Part shown: positions 11,922 through 24,483 of the stretch, in pieces
How the letters are laid out: every line of letters begins with the position of its first letter
Numbering within the stretch: the first letter of the stretch is position 1
Source of the DNA: Eukaryota sp. TZLM1-RC
Taxonomy: Eukaryota; Protista; Metamonada: BaSk clade
NCBI GenBank assembly: GCA_040285825.1
Contig: JAUPSS010000007.1
Coordinates: forward strand, 892,501 to 956,500
Length of the DNA stretch: 64,000 nt
Reading direction: 5' to 3'
Position numbers and translations under genes: made by a program
Notes under the pieces: model-generated
Database searches by the model: none
The model's input: the letters and a program-made list of their open reading frames with translations, nothing else
Told to the model about the DNA's origin: nothing

Positions 11922-13634
11922 CTATTGATGTGGCCTTTTAACTGGTAAATCCCCATCAGACCTACGCTTAGAAGAAGTTACTTCAATGGGAGCATCATCG
12001 GAATCACTATCATCAAACAATTGACCCTTCACCTTATTACCTACACTGTCAAGATAACGTTGCTGTGCCTCCTTGTCAAACTCTTCAGCATTGACAGAGA
12101 TGTCAGCAAGTGAATCTTCATCAAAAACAATTCTTCGAAGTGTTTGACGTTTTTCCTGTGATTTTTCAGGTTGAATCAAATTTCCTCTACTCTCAAATAG
12201 CTCTTCGTCTGATTGTTCTTCCTTTTCATCCACGGGCTCAGGGACAGGCAGAACATTGTCTTTTGACCAATTTTGAGCAGATGATTTGGTCGATTTTTGG
12301 AATCTTATCCTTGGAGCCTTCACCATGCCATATGATGCAGCGAGTTCTTGGAGGCCAATTTTACGAGGATCAAATACTTCCTTGTCGGGCTGAAGTTGAT
12401 AAGACCTAACGAAAGCGACAAAGGCCTTTTGTGCAAGATTCTTCAACTCGCTGTCTTTGGACAACATGGCACCTAATGCTGGGGTGAGATCAATGAGTTT
12501 TGAATGGTTTGGTTGTGTCTCTTCTATGGAGATGTTGTTCTCTTGCAACTTTTCTACAAACCTTGTCTGATCCCTGGAGATCATCAGGAGTGCTTTTCCT
12601 CCCCTTTTAAACCGAGCTGTACGTCCAACACGATGAATGTAACTTGCTACATCATCAGGACAGTCTAGTTGTATAACCCAAGATACATCAGGAAAGTCTA
12701 AACCTCGTGCTGCTAAATCGGTACAGAAAAGTACACAATGTGGTTTACTTTTGAACTCGAAGAATATCTTTGTCCGTTTGTCTTGTTTTTGCCGCCCGTG
12801 TAGGCTCATTATAGATATACCAGGACGAAGTTGACAAAACACGTCATAAAAAAATTGTACTTGTTTGCAAGATGATAAAAAAACAATTGTTTTGGACTTT
12901 AAATGTGTTCTAATAAACGAGTATAAAATATTAATCTTTGTCTCATGTGCAACAATCATATACCGTTGATGTAGTTGTTCAGGCGTGGATTTCTTGCTGC
13001 TGACGTCAACTGTAACAGGATCGTTTAACGAAAGCTTTGCCAAATCAACAATACTCTTATGTAATGTTGCCGAGTAGAGTAATGTTTGCCGTTCGTTGGG
13101 TACAAATTCTACAATGGAGGTGAGAGCAGAAGAAAAGCCCATGTCGAGGATACGATCAGCTTCATCCAATACCAACATTTGAAGGTTATCAGCAAAGAAG
13201 CAAGATTCTTGAATATGTTGAACTAATCTACCAGGAGTAGCAACTATAATGTTGAGAGAGTTAATAACCTCTTGCTCGTCTTGGAAACTTTTCCCACCAA
13301 TTACAAGACCAGCAGAAAAATCATGAAACTTGCCAACCTTGGAGATGACTTCAAAGATTTGAAGGGAGAGTTCTCTTAAAGGGGTGATGATAAGAGCTCC
13401 AAGGCCATCAAACTTGGTCCATTGTTTTTCGTAGAGTCTTTCAAGGATAGGGAGTAGGAAAGCAAGAGTTTTACCACTGCCAGTTTCAGCTGTAGCAAGA
13501 AGATCCCTTCCTTCTAAAGCAGGAGGAATAGAAGATCGTTGAATCTGTGTGGGGCAATGAAATTTGTTACTCTGGAGACCTTTAAGGGTAGGGGCTGAGA
13601 GACCTAGGTCTTCAAATGATGTAAGGGTGACCAT
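11922..13634 (-). CDS. DBP4: DEAD-box RNA helicase DBP4/DDX10
   Basis: Q motif, AETGSGKT, WTKFDGLGALII, DEAD, SAT, ARGLD, HRVGRTARF, C-terminal AQKAFVAFVRSY..DKEVFD. Confidence 0.92.
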   Translation of the reverse strand: MVTLTSFEDLGLSAPTLKGLQSNKFHCPTQIQRSSIPPALEGRDLLATAETGSGKTLAFLLPILERLYEKQWTKFDGLGALIITPLRELSLQIFEVISKVGKFHDFSAGLVIGGKSFQDEQEVINSLNIIVATPGRLVQHIQESCFFADNLQMLVLDEADRILDMGFSSALTSIVEFVPNERQTLLYSATLHKSIVDLAKLSLNDPVTVDVSSKKSTPEQLHQRYMIVAHETKINILYSFIRTHLKSKTIVFLSSCKQVQFFYDVFCQLRPGISIMSLHGRQKQDKRTKIFFEFKSKPHCVLFCTDLAARGLDFPDVSWVIQLDCPDDVASYIHRVGRTARFKRGGKALLMISRDQTRFVEKLQENNISIEETQPNHSKLIDLTPALGAMLSKDSELKNLAQKAFVAFVRSYQLQPDKEVFDPRKIGLQELAASYGMVKAPRIRFQKSTKSSAQNWSKDNVLPVPEPVDEKEEQSDEELFESRGNLIQPEKSQEKRQTLRRIVFDEDSLADISVNAEEFDKEAQQRYLDSVGNKVKGQLFDDSDSDDAPIEVTSSKRRSDGDLPVKRPHQ

Positions 13635-13655
13635 TTGTTACAGATAATGTCTAAA

Positions 13656-13750
13656 ACAATGAAATAAGTGTCCTTTTTACACCAATGTTGAGGGATTGAG
13701 TTTTTGAGAAATGGAAGATTTTCTTGACACCTTTATCTCTGCATCATTCT
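13656..13750 (-). ncRNA. Putative Fanzor omegaRNA scaffold / element 3' end (copy 1)
   Basis: Directly downstream of the Fanzor ORF; 70-nt block 13656-13725 is 67/70 identical to 50178-50247; contains a GGTGT-aaaaagg-ACACT hairpin. Confidence 0.7.
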
Positions 13751-15120
13751 GGTCTATCTTTATCTTTTACTTGTGCTTCCATCACTGCCAGCATATTCAG
13801 CGAAGCATTTCGATCTCTTTTCCACAGACTTTCGCATGATTTACACATGGTAAGCCAGTGACGAAGAGACATCTCATGCATCTTCCATGGCCTAGGATTG
13901 CTGCACCATCGGAATGTGTCTACTGTTTTCTCTGCTTTCAAACAGTTGCAACAACTCGAAATTCATCCATTAAAAAACCTTATGACCAGCCCTTTTAAAT
14001 AAAATTCTCAAACCTTTTCCTTTGGTAGGTTCTGTGAATTTCATGTGTTTTCTTTGTTCCCAGTCTCCAATTCCAATAACTACTTGACTTGGATCACCAA
14101 TTACTGATTTGAATCTCTGTATCATCTTTGCCTCAGATCTTGTGCGATTAATCTCAGCCCACCATCTTAGTTTCCTAAATATTTTTTGATGATAGACTTC
14201 ACCAATACTATTCACAAAATTCTTTTGTTTAATATAAGCAATAAATCTATCAAACCTGCAGCTTTTGGAATTGAATTGGGATAATGTTGCCTCCCATTCT
14301 GCTACAGATTTAGTCGTGTGATCATTATTTCTCAAATTGAATGATTAATCAATTTCGTGGGGAATATTGATTTCTTGAGGTACTTTTCCTCTTAATAAAC
14401 TAATTGTTCTTTCAGTCATTTGATTAATTTTACTGCTGTTTAAATCCATCCTTTGTTGTTGCTCTTCAGATGGTTCATAATTGGATAGATCACTCACTCT
14501 ACCAGTAGAATTACTTATTATGATAAGAGTGTCATTCCGAATGCTGTCCCTTATTCTTTTGAATTTGGAACTTCTTTACTAAAATCTTCGTTGATTTTGA
14601 GTGTACCTGAAATGAACATATTTATCATTCTCAGGTTTTTTTCAATGAGTCATTCCAATTGGCAGAAAAATAGTGTAGATCAGATTTCCCTGGATCAGCA
14701 GCAGCAAGGGTCATTTCTTGGAATTCAGAAGGATTGATGCTGGGGTCATCAATACATTTTTTTATCTTTCAATTCTTTTGCAGTTCTTTGTACTTTTTCA
14801 AGTACATTCTAGATTGAATGAATTATACTGCTATTCCATCAGTCTCGATGCTCGACATGATGTACTTTGAACTTTCTGAATAAAGTTTCTTGTTTTTTAT
14901 CTCGTCCATTTTTAAAATGGTGTCCCATAGAACCAAATTAGCAGTTTGATTATTTCAATTAGTAATCATCAGGTTGAAAGTAAGAAATGGAAAGTTCTCC
15001 AGCAGAACTGACAATTATTTCATCCTTATCACTGAGCTTTTTACCCAACATCTAACTTTCAATATCAAAATGTAAACTTTTGAGAGTAAAATGTGTTTTC
15101 ATATTTGATGGTGTCACTCA
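13744..15120 (-). pseudogene. Fanzor1 (TnpB-derived RNA-guided RuvC nuclease) pseudogene
   Basis: Ordered motifs IETDG (~14840), CIDD, AADPG RuvC-I (14688-14696), FRYTQNQRR (~14600), EWEATLSQFNSKS, FRKLRW, IGDW..EPTKGKG, DEFR RuvC-II, Cys pairs, CKSC..WKRDRNASLNM RuvC-III, RPE; broken by stops/frameshifts; 5' limit uncertain. Confidence 0.88.
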
Positions 15121-16554
15121 ATGGTATTTGTATCGAGTCAACTGATTCTCATTGAAAAGTGTTTTTACACGTTTCAAAAATGTGTTCAATACATCGGCTC
15201 GTCTTTTTCTGATGTGTTTTTTGTACAGAGGACCATTTTTGTAAGAAACAATTTTGTTTTTCATTGTCAACACAGCTATAAAAACATCTTATGTCTGAAT
15301 TGACATTATGTTTAATATGAGCTGAATCAATTGAATTGAACTAATTTGATAAAAACAAATTGATCATTCTTTTGCAAACAATATGTTGAATATTCCACAA
15401 TCATAGTAATAAGATTGAAGGAGTTCAGATAAATTCTGACTGATATTGATTTTTAAGTTTGATGTTGTCCATTATGACAAAGACTATCAGAAAGTATAAC
15501 TTTTACTGTTCTGCTGTTCATTCAGGATTACCAGAGATTTTTCAGTTGGTGTTTAGTGAAAATTGTTAGGAATTGTTATGGTTAAACTTCATTACCATAC
15601 CAATGCTACAAATATGTTGTTTCAAATTCTTACATTTCTGTCCAATACAATTTATGTCTTCTTATTCGACAACGATCTCTTTTGCGACAGTATTTAATTA
15701 CTTCACTTCAACCAATTATTCATTCATTAACAAGGTGTTTGGTTTTTTGTTTTAGGAATTGAGTTCAACTTTGCTAAGCTCCACTGGTTTATTGGTTTAT
15801 TTGAATCAAATCAAAATCAAAATTCTAAATTTGTATTTATTGATAAAATTGATTTCTTCCATTTGTATCATTAAATTGTTTCACTGAACTAAAAGTTGGT
15901 TTCCATTTTTAAAAATCTTTCTTCAATGCATCATAATTTAAAACTATAGTAACAAATATGTTTTTTTTATTGAACTACAACACTTAATAAAATAAAATCA
16001 GACCTAATAGGACTAAATTCAATGAAAAATCTTTGCATTGTTTTTACTTGAACGATTTTTTGGAAATCATTCAAAAAATTTCCTGTATCTACTGATAGTC
16101 CTCCGTTTATCGAAAATGGAGAAGCAATAAAAACTAGTAGTATGTTTCTGTCTGGATTCCATTGGCCACAAAAAACCCTTTTGGAGGTTTGTAGAAATCA
16201 TGTTGTACAGCTGATCCACGTGTACATTTTTAGTGCTCGAAAAATTAATCAACATTTTGTTCTAAAACTTCCGGGACAAAATCCTCGAACAGGAATCTAT
16301 GAAAAATGTTCATAGTTGAGATGAGGACTGTCTTTACAGTTAAACAGGTCCGCTGAGACAATTTTATCAAATTAGACCGAATCGTTGCCTAATCATCATA
16401 AAAGAAGTGTTTCAGCTAGCAAGATAAAGTAAATTGTGACAGAACGTAGTACAGAGTGAAAAGGGTCAGCGAAAGGAGAAACCATTAAAGTGCAACTTTT
16501 GATTTAACATCCAGATCCGATTCTTTCCTACTCTCCACAGCCTCGTTGCACCCA

Positions 16555-19500
16555 ATGAGTCTCACTGACTTCAATCTTACTCCTGATGAATTCATCTCCC
16601 GCTATGACAACACAATCAACTCCTTGTACACCTCTGTAAATTCTGAAGATGTTTGCAGCTTTTACTTACACCTCACCTCAGCAAGTAAACTCTCAGAAGC
16701 TTCTCGTTGAATTTCAACAACATCCTAGAGTATGTTTCCCACTCTGATCTCTGTCTTTAGGCTTTTGAACGCGTTCCTTTTATCATGGAGAAGTCCTCTG
16801 CTGATCAAGGCAAATACATAGCGCTATCTGTACTGGAAGAACTCGTAAACTACAAATGGAAAGCACTCCCCCCTACCGATGCTAATGCTCTCAAGCTCTT
16901 CCTTCAAAACCTCATTGTTCAGATGTCCAACGCCGAGTCCCCAAACGAACTCCTCCTCCGTAAAGCTGATAAGGTTCTTGTAGACATTGCCAAGCAAGAG
17001 TGGCCCGAGAAATGGCCTACTTTTGTTTCCGAACTTGTCCAATCTGCTCGCTCTTCGCTGGGGATGGCCAAGAACAACCTCACCATACTACGTCTGTTAA
17101 CTGAAGAAGTCACTGATTTTTCCGATCGTTCGGTCTTGATCACGGCCAGAGCACAGTCGTTGAAATCTCAGCTCAATAGAGAGTTTTCGGCCGTGTTTGA
17201 GCTCTGTTTGGAGGTTTTATCCACGGAAAATGCGGTTCCAGAGCTGCTTACTAATACTTTAATCGCTTTGGAAAAATATATTCCCTGGATTTCATTGTCA
17301 TTTATTTTCCAAACAGAATTAATTCCTAATTTAATTAATAACAAATTAAATTCCCAATTACCTTTAAGTATTAAGACTTTAATTGTTCGCAATATCTCTG
17401 AAGTCGCCGAACTCCGTAAAATTAGTCCCCACGAAGCTCAAATGTCCAAGGCATTTGCCAATTTTCTAGAAGCTCTCAATTCACCTGCTACCATGCCAGT
17501 AACTGCCCCTATTTCCCAAGCCATTCAAACCCCAGGAGAAGCAAGAGATTTTGCGAGTGCCACTGCTCTAGCTCTCACTGCTTTTTTAAGAAATCATTCA
17601 CTCTGCCTGGAGAATAATCCACAGTCAAGAGATAAAATTGCGATTTCGATGCAGTATCTGTTACACTTTACTGCCACTCCAAACGACAGTGAGCTGTTCA
17701 AGACTTGCGTAGAATATTGGTCACGATTGTCATCTGATTTGTACTCCAATAGGGTTCAATCACAGATTCCAAGGAAAAAAGGAATGATTCATCGTAATTT
17801 CAAGGAACGCTATCTTTTATATTCTTCTTATTTGGATCAAGCACGAGAATTACTCATGGATAGGATGGTGAAACCTGAAGAAGTGTTGATTACACAAAAC
17901 CAAGACACTGGGGAGTGGGTGAAAGAAACCCTAGTTGATACAGAAGAAGTGGAGCTTCACAAGAAGATGAAGGAGGCTTTGGTATTCATAACACACTTAA
18001 ACACAGAAGGAACAAGGGCTTCAATGGATGAGCGGCTGAGATTGTTTTTGGAAAGAGCAAGCCAAACTACAGAGCTAGATGCAGACTCGCTTAACAGACT
18101 CTGCTGGGTGGGAGGAGCCATATCTGGTTCAATGCCTATTCAAATTGAAAAGAAGTTTGTTATTGGGATTTTAAAAAAGCTCTTAGACTTGTGTAATAAG
18201 TTTTTTGACAAAACTCCAAGAGCAATCGTTGCCTCTAATGTTATGTACATTTGCTCTCAATATCCAAGATTCCTAAGATCACAATCATCATTTTTGGAAA
18301 CTGTCTGTAGAAAGCTATTTGAATTCATGAAGGAAACTCATCCAGGAATTAAAGATATGGCGTGTGACACCTTTATTATCATTAGTGGGCGGTGTAAGAA
18401 GAAAATGACCAGTCTTATTGATGGTTATATCCAAGATTTCGATCAAAACACTAAAGAGTTACCATTTGAACTCAAGGAAAAAGTAGTAGAATCATATGGT
18501 TTAATCATTTCGGCACTTCCAAACACCAAGGAACAGCAACAACGACTTGACCAGTTCATCTCGCCATTTAATCTAGTGTGGAGGAACCTTTTCCACCAAG
18601 GACAAGCTTCTGGTGGAGAGGCCTTCAACTCTATGGAAGTTGTTGCTTCTTTAAATCAGTTTGTCCGGTTCAATTCTGTACTATGCAAGAATTTAGGGCC
18701 TGTTTTCAGTCCCCAAATGTCAATGATTTATAAGGATTTGCTTTCTCTCTACCGGCATTACTCACATATCTTGGCGACTTACTATTCAGCTCAAGGGTCA
18801 TCAGTCTTGAGGAGTACGGAGGTTAAGGCGGTCAGAAGTCTTCAGAAGTCAATTTTGAAACTATTAACCCATTTCTTTGAAACTGCAAGAAAAGATGAAC
18901 TTCAACGTGACTTTTTCTCTGCACTTCTACCAGACCTACTTCCCTCATATGAAGGGTCACCGTCGGAAGTCCGTGAACCTGAAGTGTTGGGGTTATTAAC
19001 TGTTGCCTTCAATCGACTTCCAGGCATCGTGTCTATGGATATTTTCAAATCCATTGTTAATCCAACATTAGCAATGATTTCCAATGATTACGAATCTTGG
19101 CCAGATCTCCGAACCGCTTTTTTCACTATGATTTCTGCAATTGTGGATAGGTCATTATTTGAAGTCATTAATCTCGGCGAGGATCAATTAACTCTATTAA
19201 TTCAAACCATTATTTGGGCTTCAAAGCATAATATTTCTGACCAGTCAGAGTTGGGTTTGGTGGCTTTACGTAATTTGGTTAAGAAAATATCACACAGAAA
19301 TGATTTTGTCAATTCATTTTTGTCAAAATATTTTATTTATATTTTCCACGAAATTTTTGCCATTCTGACTGATACATTCCACAAGTCCACATTCGATAAA
19401 CAAGTAGAAGTTATTTCAAACCTGATTTCTGCTTTACTACAAAGTCCTTCCTCGCTCCCAATTGGTACAGAACCTCCCCAACCAGCGGGAATGTCCAATG

Positions 19501-19766
19501 TTGAGTATTTCCAATTATGGATTTCCAATGTGTTAAAGTCGGGATTTCCAAACCTCGGACAGTCTCATATAGCAGAGTTTGTGAAGCAATTGACAAGCTT
19601 TGCTGGTGACGTGTCACGGTTGAGATCCTTGTTGGCAGATTTTTTGGTTTCCACTAGACAGTGGACCGTTGAGGAGTTTGAAGTAACAACAGAGGCAGTT
19701 GAACAACAGCTCTTACGGCAAAGTGTACCTGGATTAGGAGGAGCTGTTCAAGAAGATGAATTTTAG
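16555..19766 (+). CDS. XPO1: Exportin-1 (CRM1/XPO1), two 31-nt introns (16651-16681, 16730-16760)
   Basis: KQEWPEKWPTFV, LRLLTEEV, FKTCVEYW, RMVKPEEVLI, LNRLCW..GAISG, LFEFMKETHPGIKDMACDTF; removing two GT-AG introns extends the ORF to ATG 16555. Confidence 0.93.
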
Positions 19767-19984
19767 TATTGCTATATCGTTTTTATATTATTAAATTTTA
19801 TTTTTTGGTTTAGATAAATAATTTAGTCTGTTTTTTATTTGAAATTTGTTTTGATAATTCTACATGAATATTTCTGGTTGTTAAGTCAAGTTTTCGGAAA
19901 CACATCAAATTTTCCAACTGATTCGTAACATTTTAAATTCAAAATTTGTAACCAAGTCATTATCTAACGAAGCGATTATAATAT

Positions 19985-20222
19985 TTTTATTGAACTTGCA
20001 CATTCAATTAAATTAATTCATAACTTATGGGACGACTATCATTGAACCAAGATTTCCTCTATAAAATCTTGATTTGCTTGCTGTCTAGCTAAAGCTTCTC
20101 TTATTTGATTGAGAAGTTGAGGTAATCTATTAATAATGGCAAATTGAATCCGTGAGCGAAAAAAAAATATCAAATCTTTTCATTGTTTTTTCTTGAACCA
20201 TTTTTTGGAAGCCATTCAAAAA
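19985..20222 (-). mobile_element. Family B RLE 3' fragment
   Basis: Matches 4805-5050 (FQKMVQEK..RIQFAIINRL..EALARQQ + 3' UTR). Confidence 0.85.
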
Positions 20223-20347
20223 AAACGATTATCTAATAGAAAAATGTACAAGTAAAAAAATTATATTAAAAGACCAATTATATTAAAAAATAAAACTACA
20301 AAAATGAGGTAAATAAAACAAAAAAGCAAACTAATAAAGTTGAGAAA

Positions 20348-21364
20348 CTAATCCGACCATTCACCCAACTCTAATTCAACCTTTGAAACTTCTTCCAATT
20401 GCCTAACAGCACTAGAAACAGTTTGACCTTCACGGGTTTTTGATTGTTCAGCCTTGTCTGATTCATCAATTGATTGCTTATTCAATTGGCTCTCTTTTCT
20501 GGGAATTTTTAATGGAGGTTCACCTTTGCCTTCATTTTTACCAACTTTCTCCTTTTTCTTTTTCTCGCTTTCGTCTGCCTTTTGGCTAAAGATCTGATTT
20601 TCCTGCTTTTTATGTTCAATTTCTGGTTCCCGATCGATCGGCTTCTCTAGAGCTTTCCATGAATCCATTGGTTTATCGTCGAGCCTCATTAAATCAGGTA
20701 ATGCTTCCAAAACCAGATCCTTGAGGCCTTCGCCCAGTTCAAAACTACGTGGGTTGCCGGACAATCCCAAAGAGGAAAGTGGACATGGTGTGATTGGATT
20801 GAAATCAAAATGATTGATTAAATTATTGCGAAGGCAAAGAATTTGCAGGGAACAACATTTACTCAGACAGCTGGGAATCTCTTTCAATTGGTTATTCGCC
20901 AACCGAAGTTCTTTGAGGGACAGCAGAGGCGCACAAGAAAAGCTGGAAAGAAGGTTATGACCAACGGAAACCTTTGACAGCTTATGGAACTTGGGAAGAT
21001 CCATAGAGGTGAATTTGTTGTGTGAAAGTATTAAAGTTTGGAGGTCACAATGCTTTGAGCCAGAGAAATCTACACGACTTAGTTGGTTGTGATCACAGAT
21101 TAAGGAAAATAGACTTTTGGGTATGACGGGAATGGTCTGAAGAGAGTTGTGAGAGGCTTTGAACACCCGTAAAGAGGATGGAAAAGTGAATGATGTAAGT
21201 GAGCATGAAGACACATCTATGTATGTGATGTTGGGCTTTGTCAGATTCAATGATGTAAGTTTGTTTGACTTGACAATAATCTTTGATGTATCATCTTTGA
21301 CTTGAGCATCTTCAAGTGTAGATACATCAGAGAAGGTTTGAATAGATGGTTTCTTACGACCCAT
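20348..21364 (-). CDS. Leucine-rich repeat protein with charged C-terminal tail
   Basis: Repeated LxxLxLxxNxL units, LSGNP LRR-cap, LPDLMRLDD. Confidence 0.85.
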   Translation of the reverse strand: MGRKKPSIQTFSDVSTLEDAQVKDDTSKIIVKSNKLTSLNLTKPNITYIDVSSCSLTSFTFPSSLRVFKASHNSLQTIPVIPKSLFSLICDHNQLSRVDFSGSKHCDLQTLILSHNKFTSMDLPKFHKLSKVSVGHNLLSSFSCAPLLSLKELRLANNQLKEIPSCLSKCCSLQILCLRNNLINHFDFNPITPCPLSSLGLSGNPRSFELGEGLKDLVLEALPDLMRLDDKPMDSWKALEKPIDREPEIEHKKQENQIFSQKADESEKKKKEKVGKNEGKGEPPLKIPRKESQLNKQSIDESDKAEQSKTREGQTVSSAVRQLEEVSKVELELGEWSD

Positions 21365-21502
21365 GATAACAGCGGATCGGTGGGTGTTTGTAATTTATGA
21401 GTTTGGGGGAAAAGATAAATTGGGTCGGCCGACATAGGTTTTATCTTCATTTCATTTCAATTGAGGTGCACAATATACCTTCAGTCCAGATTATGTGACA
21501 TA

Positions 21503-21988
21503 ATGTATGCACATCGTTCGAATTCCAGACCACGAACAAGTTTCTCTACATCGTCTATTTCCATTCATAACACATCTGTTATTTATTTGCAGCCACAACC
21601 ATCAGAACCTGTCTACTTAGAAGCAAAACCACCAGCAGATCCATTGTCATCTCTTCTGAGTCAAAAAAGGCCTCTCTTCTCATTCACTTCTCCTCAACTT
21701 GTTGTTGGTGACCTCACAACTACCTCTTCAACCACTGTCACTGTCTACTCCAACAGACTGGAGTATTTCTTTCGACATCACCTTCTACACAGCAAAGTGC
21801 ACATGATCATGCGATTTGAGCATCTAAAGGAATGTCATTTGGTGGATGGTCTGTTTCGTTTTAAACTTACAGCAAAATTAAAATGTTTTCCCCAACATTA
21901 CGATCCTTTCATAAATGACCATTTCCTGGGAGTAAAGTATTCAAATTCCAAAATTGGTGATCGTTTAATTGAGTTAATAAATTCATAA
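21503..21988 (+). CDS. Hypothetical protein
   Basis: Open frame from ATG 21503 with gene-like composition, divergent from the LRR gene; no family recognised. Confidence 0.6.
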   Translation: MYAHRSNSRPRTSFSTSSISIHNTSVIYLQPQPSEPVYLEAKPPADPLSSLLSQKRPLFSFTSPQLVVGDLTTTSSTTVTVYSNRLEYFFRHHLLHSKVHMIMRFEHLKECHLVDGLFRFKLTAKLKCFPQHYDPFINDHFLGVKYSNSKIGDRLIELINS

Positions 21989-23714
21989 ATTTTAATAAAA
22001 TATTCTTATACTATTTTTTGCAAAGTATAAAATGACTTGGTCAGTTCCACGAAAGTTATTGCACCAATCGCAGGCATTAGATTCCGAATAACTTTCAAAA
22101 GGCGAATGATATTGAAAAAGTCCTAAAATAAGCAAGATGGAAGCAAATTGAGTGAATTGAACTTGTGAGTTTTCAATGAATTAAAATTGTTCATTTTCTT
22201 GAAAACTTCATCATTGAATTTGAATTCCTTGTTGCTGCACTTGAAGTGGTTGTACATTCAAAATTCAATAGATTTAATAACATTACAATAGATATTGTGA
22301 TAGAAAATTCAGCTATTTCTGAGCATATTTCTGAAATTAACTACTACAAGACTGTCATTGAGAGTGCTCTATTGTTTCAAACACTATTGCTCTATAATTC
22401 TGTTGATTGTTGGTACTCAGACATCCTTTTCATCGGGATCACTGCCTCCGAATGTGATTACTGTGCGAAATTGACGAGAAATCTTTGGTTCAGCAAGCAA
22501 TTATTTTCATAAATTCGCCTTGCTTTTGATTTGTCAGTCATCAAATTTTTTTAAAATCAGTAAAAACAAATTAATACAATTAGAAACACTGAAAATTAAA
22601 TATTCTTGAAACAGCTGAACTCAGCCTCAGGGCCAAAATGTTTTAAATTCAAAATAACGACAAAACTTGTGTCATATGAGTGTGCAACCTTTGATTTCTC
22701 TGCGCTTTCCAGTTTCATCTGGCGTTTTATTCGAGCGAAGTTAAACTCAACGGATGCAATGTCTCATTTAGGTTCATTTTCAGTTTTTCCAAATAGGAAT
22801 TCATTGTTTCGAATGAACTAATTGATGGTTTGTAGCTGAAAAAAATATATATATGCAGAAAAAAGAATCTATTATTAATAGTCTTATTTTATAATTCTAT
22901 TGTTTTCTGGAAAACCCCATTATTAAATTTGAACTCATTACTTTTGATTGAATTAAATATAACATTGTTGTGGACAAATGATTGCTAATTTCATAGGATA
23001 CAATGATTTATAGGTTTTATGACTTTTCAAAAGAGTTATGTTTGCCAAAACATTTTTGTGGCTTTTTTGAAACTGCTACGGGACCATGTTTAAGAGAGCA
23101 ATTCAAACCATCATTATATTACACACATTGATTGATGGTTGCTGCTTTTACGTGTTCAGTGCTTCTGAAAAATTCTTTTCTGTAAAAACACAAGAATTAA
23201 TACAAAAAATAGTTGAGCAATTTCATTAAATTGATTTTTGAAAACCATAAAATTCAGAATTTTATGACTTCACAAAGGGAAAAATCTCTTATTCATCAAC
23301 TAATATTATTGAAACCACTTACTAAAACCATCCAAACCATCATTTCGAAGCTGTTTTTCACACTTACGAAGGATACGAAGGGCTTTATTAATTTTCTTGA
23401 TACGCATATGAAATTCATTCACCAACAATAATATTTCATAAATCACAAATGCCTTTCTTTGCCAATTTGTTACATGTATGTATGATTTTTCTCTTCTTGA
23501 AAATTTTTAATTTGCTGCAACTGGATGCTCAATAGATTAGATTTCTTTGGTAAAATTAATAATCTACTTCGGTTCTGATGTCGAATAAGAGGAGCAATGT
23601 TGAGGCAAAATACATATAAGGATTTTGCGGAAAACATCTTTGTACAATCAATCAAGACCCATTAGTAAACAGTGTATTTTGCAGTTAATATGTTATTTTT
23701 TCAAAAAATTCGTA

Positions 23715-24470
23715 TTTAATGAATTTGCACACTTGATTAAATTAAATCATAACTAATGGGACGACTATCATTAAATGTTATTTTATGTTATTTTACAAAA
23801 AATATTTTATTTCAGAAAAATGAAAATCACTCATTTGTTAAATTGTCAATATTTTATCACTTTTAGAAGCGAGGTTCACAATGCTCTAAGTAATAAATTG
23901 TATTGTACGTGTCAGTCTCAAAGAACTGAAACCATTTTGCAATCTCTGTTGTCAAATCTGTTTGATACTGAAGATGATTTTCACAAGAGTAAAAGAGGTG
24001 ATGTAATATTACCTGGAGTAGATGGAACCTTCATTTTATTGGATGTAATTTATGTTGATTCTTGTAATACCTCAAATGAAAGGCTTGTTAATGATGTAAT
24101 TCATAATCCTTTTTCAAATGATGAAACTTCAAATTCAAAAAATTCAATGAACCTTTGTTCGAATTGTTCAGCCAACAGCATGCAAAACCCAAATTTTCTT
24201 TATTTGTATTTTCTCTTCTTGGTTCACACAGTTCAACAGCTATAAGTTTTTTGGAAAATTATGAAATGTTTGTAAAGAGAAGAACTAACAGAAATCTCAA
24301 CAGATTGTTGTTGCAAAATAGAATTGTGTTTTCTATTTTTAAGGGGATGTTGAAGTAGGTTTCTGATGCTTTGCTTTCTCTTGGATCTGACTATGAGAGA
24401 GTTGCATCTAGTGTTATTGTTTCAGGAGAGGTGGATTGTTGAGATGTTGATTGAGGTTTTACAAAAATTG
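23715..24470 (+). mobile_element. Family A RLE 3' fragment (+, ~23820-24470) preceded by a family B 3' UTR (-)
   Basis: THLLNC..LLSNLFDTEDDFHK..RGDVILPG..NRIVFSIFKGML with frameshifts. Confidence 0.85.
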
Positions 24471-24483
24471 ATGAAATAATTTA

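Noticed and set aside
13656-13725. Spliced-leader relic on retrocopied genes
   Set aside because: The block is contiguous with Fanzor C-terminal codons in both copies and absent from the other genes
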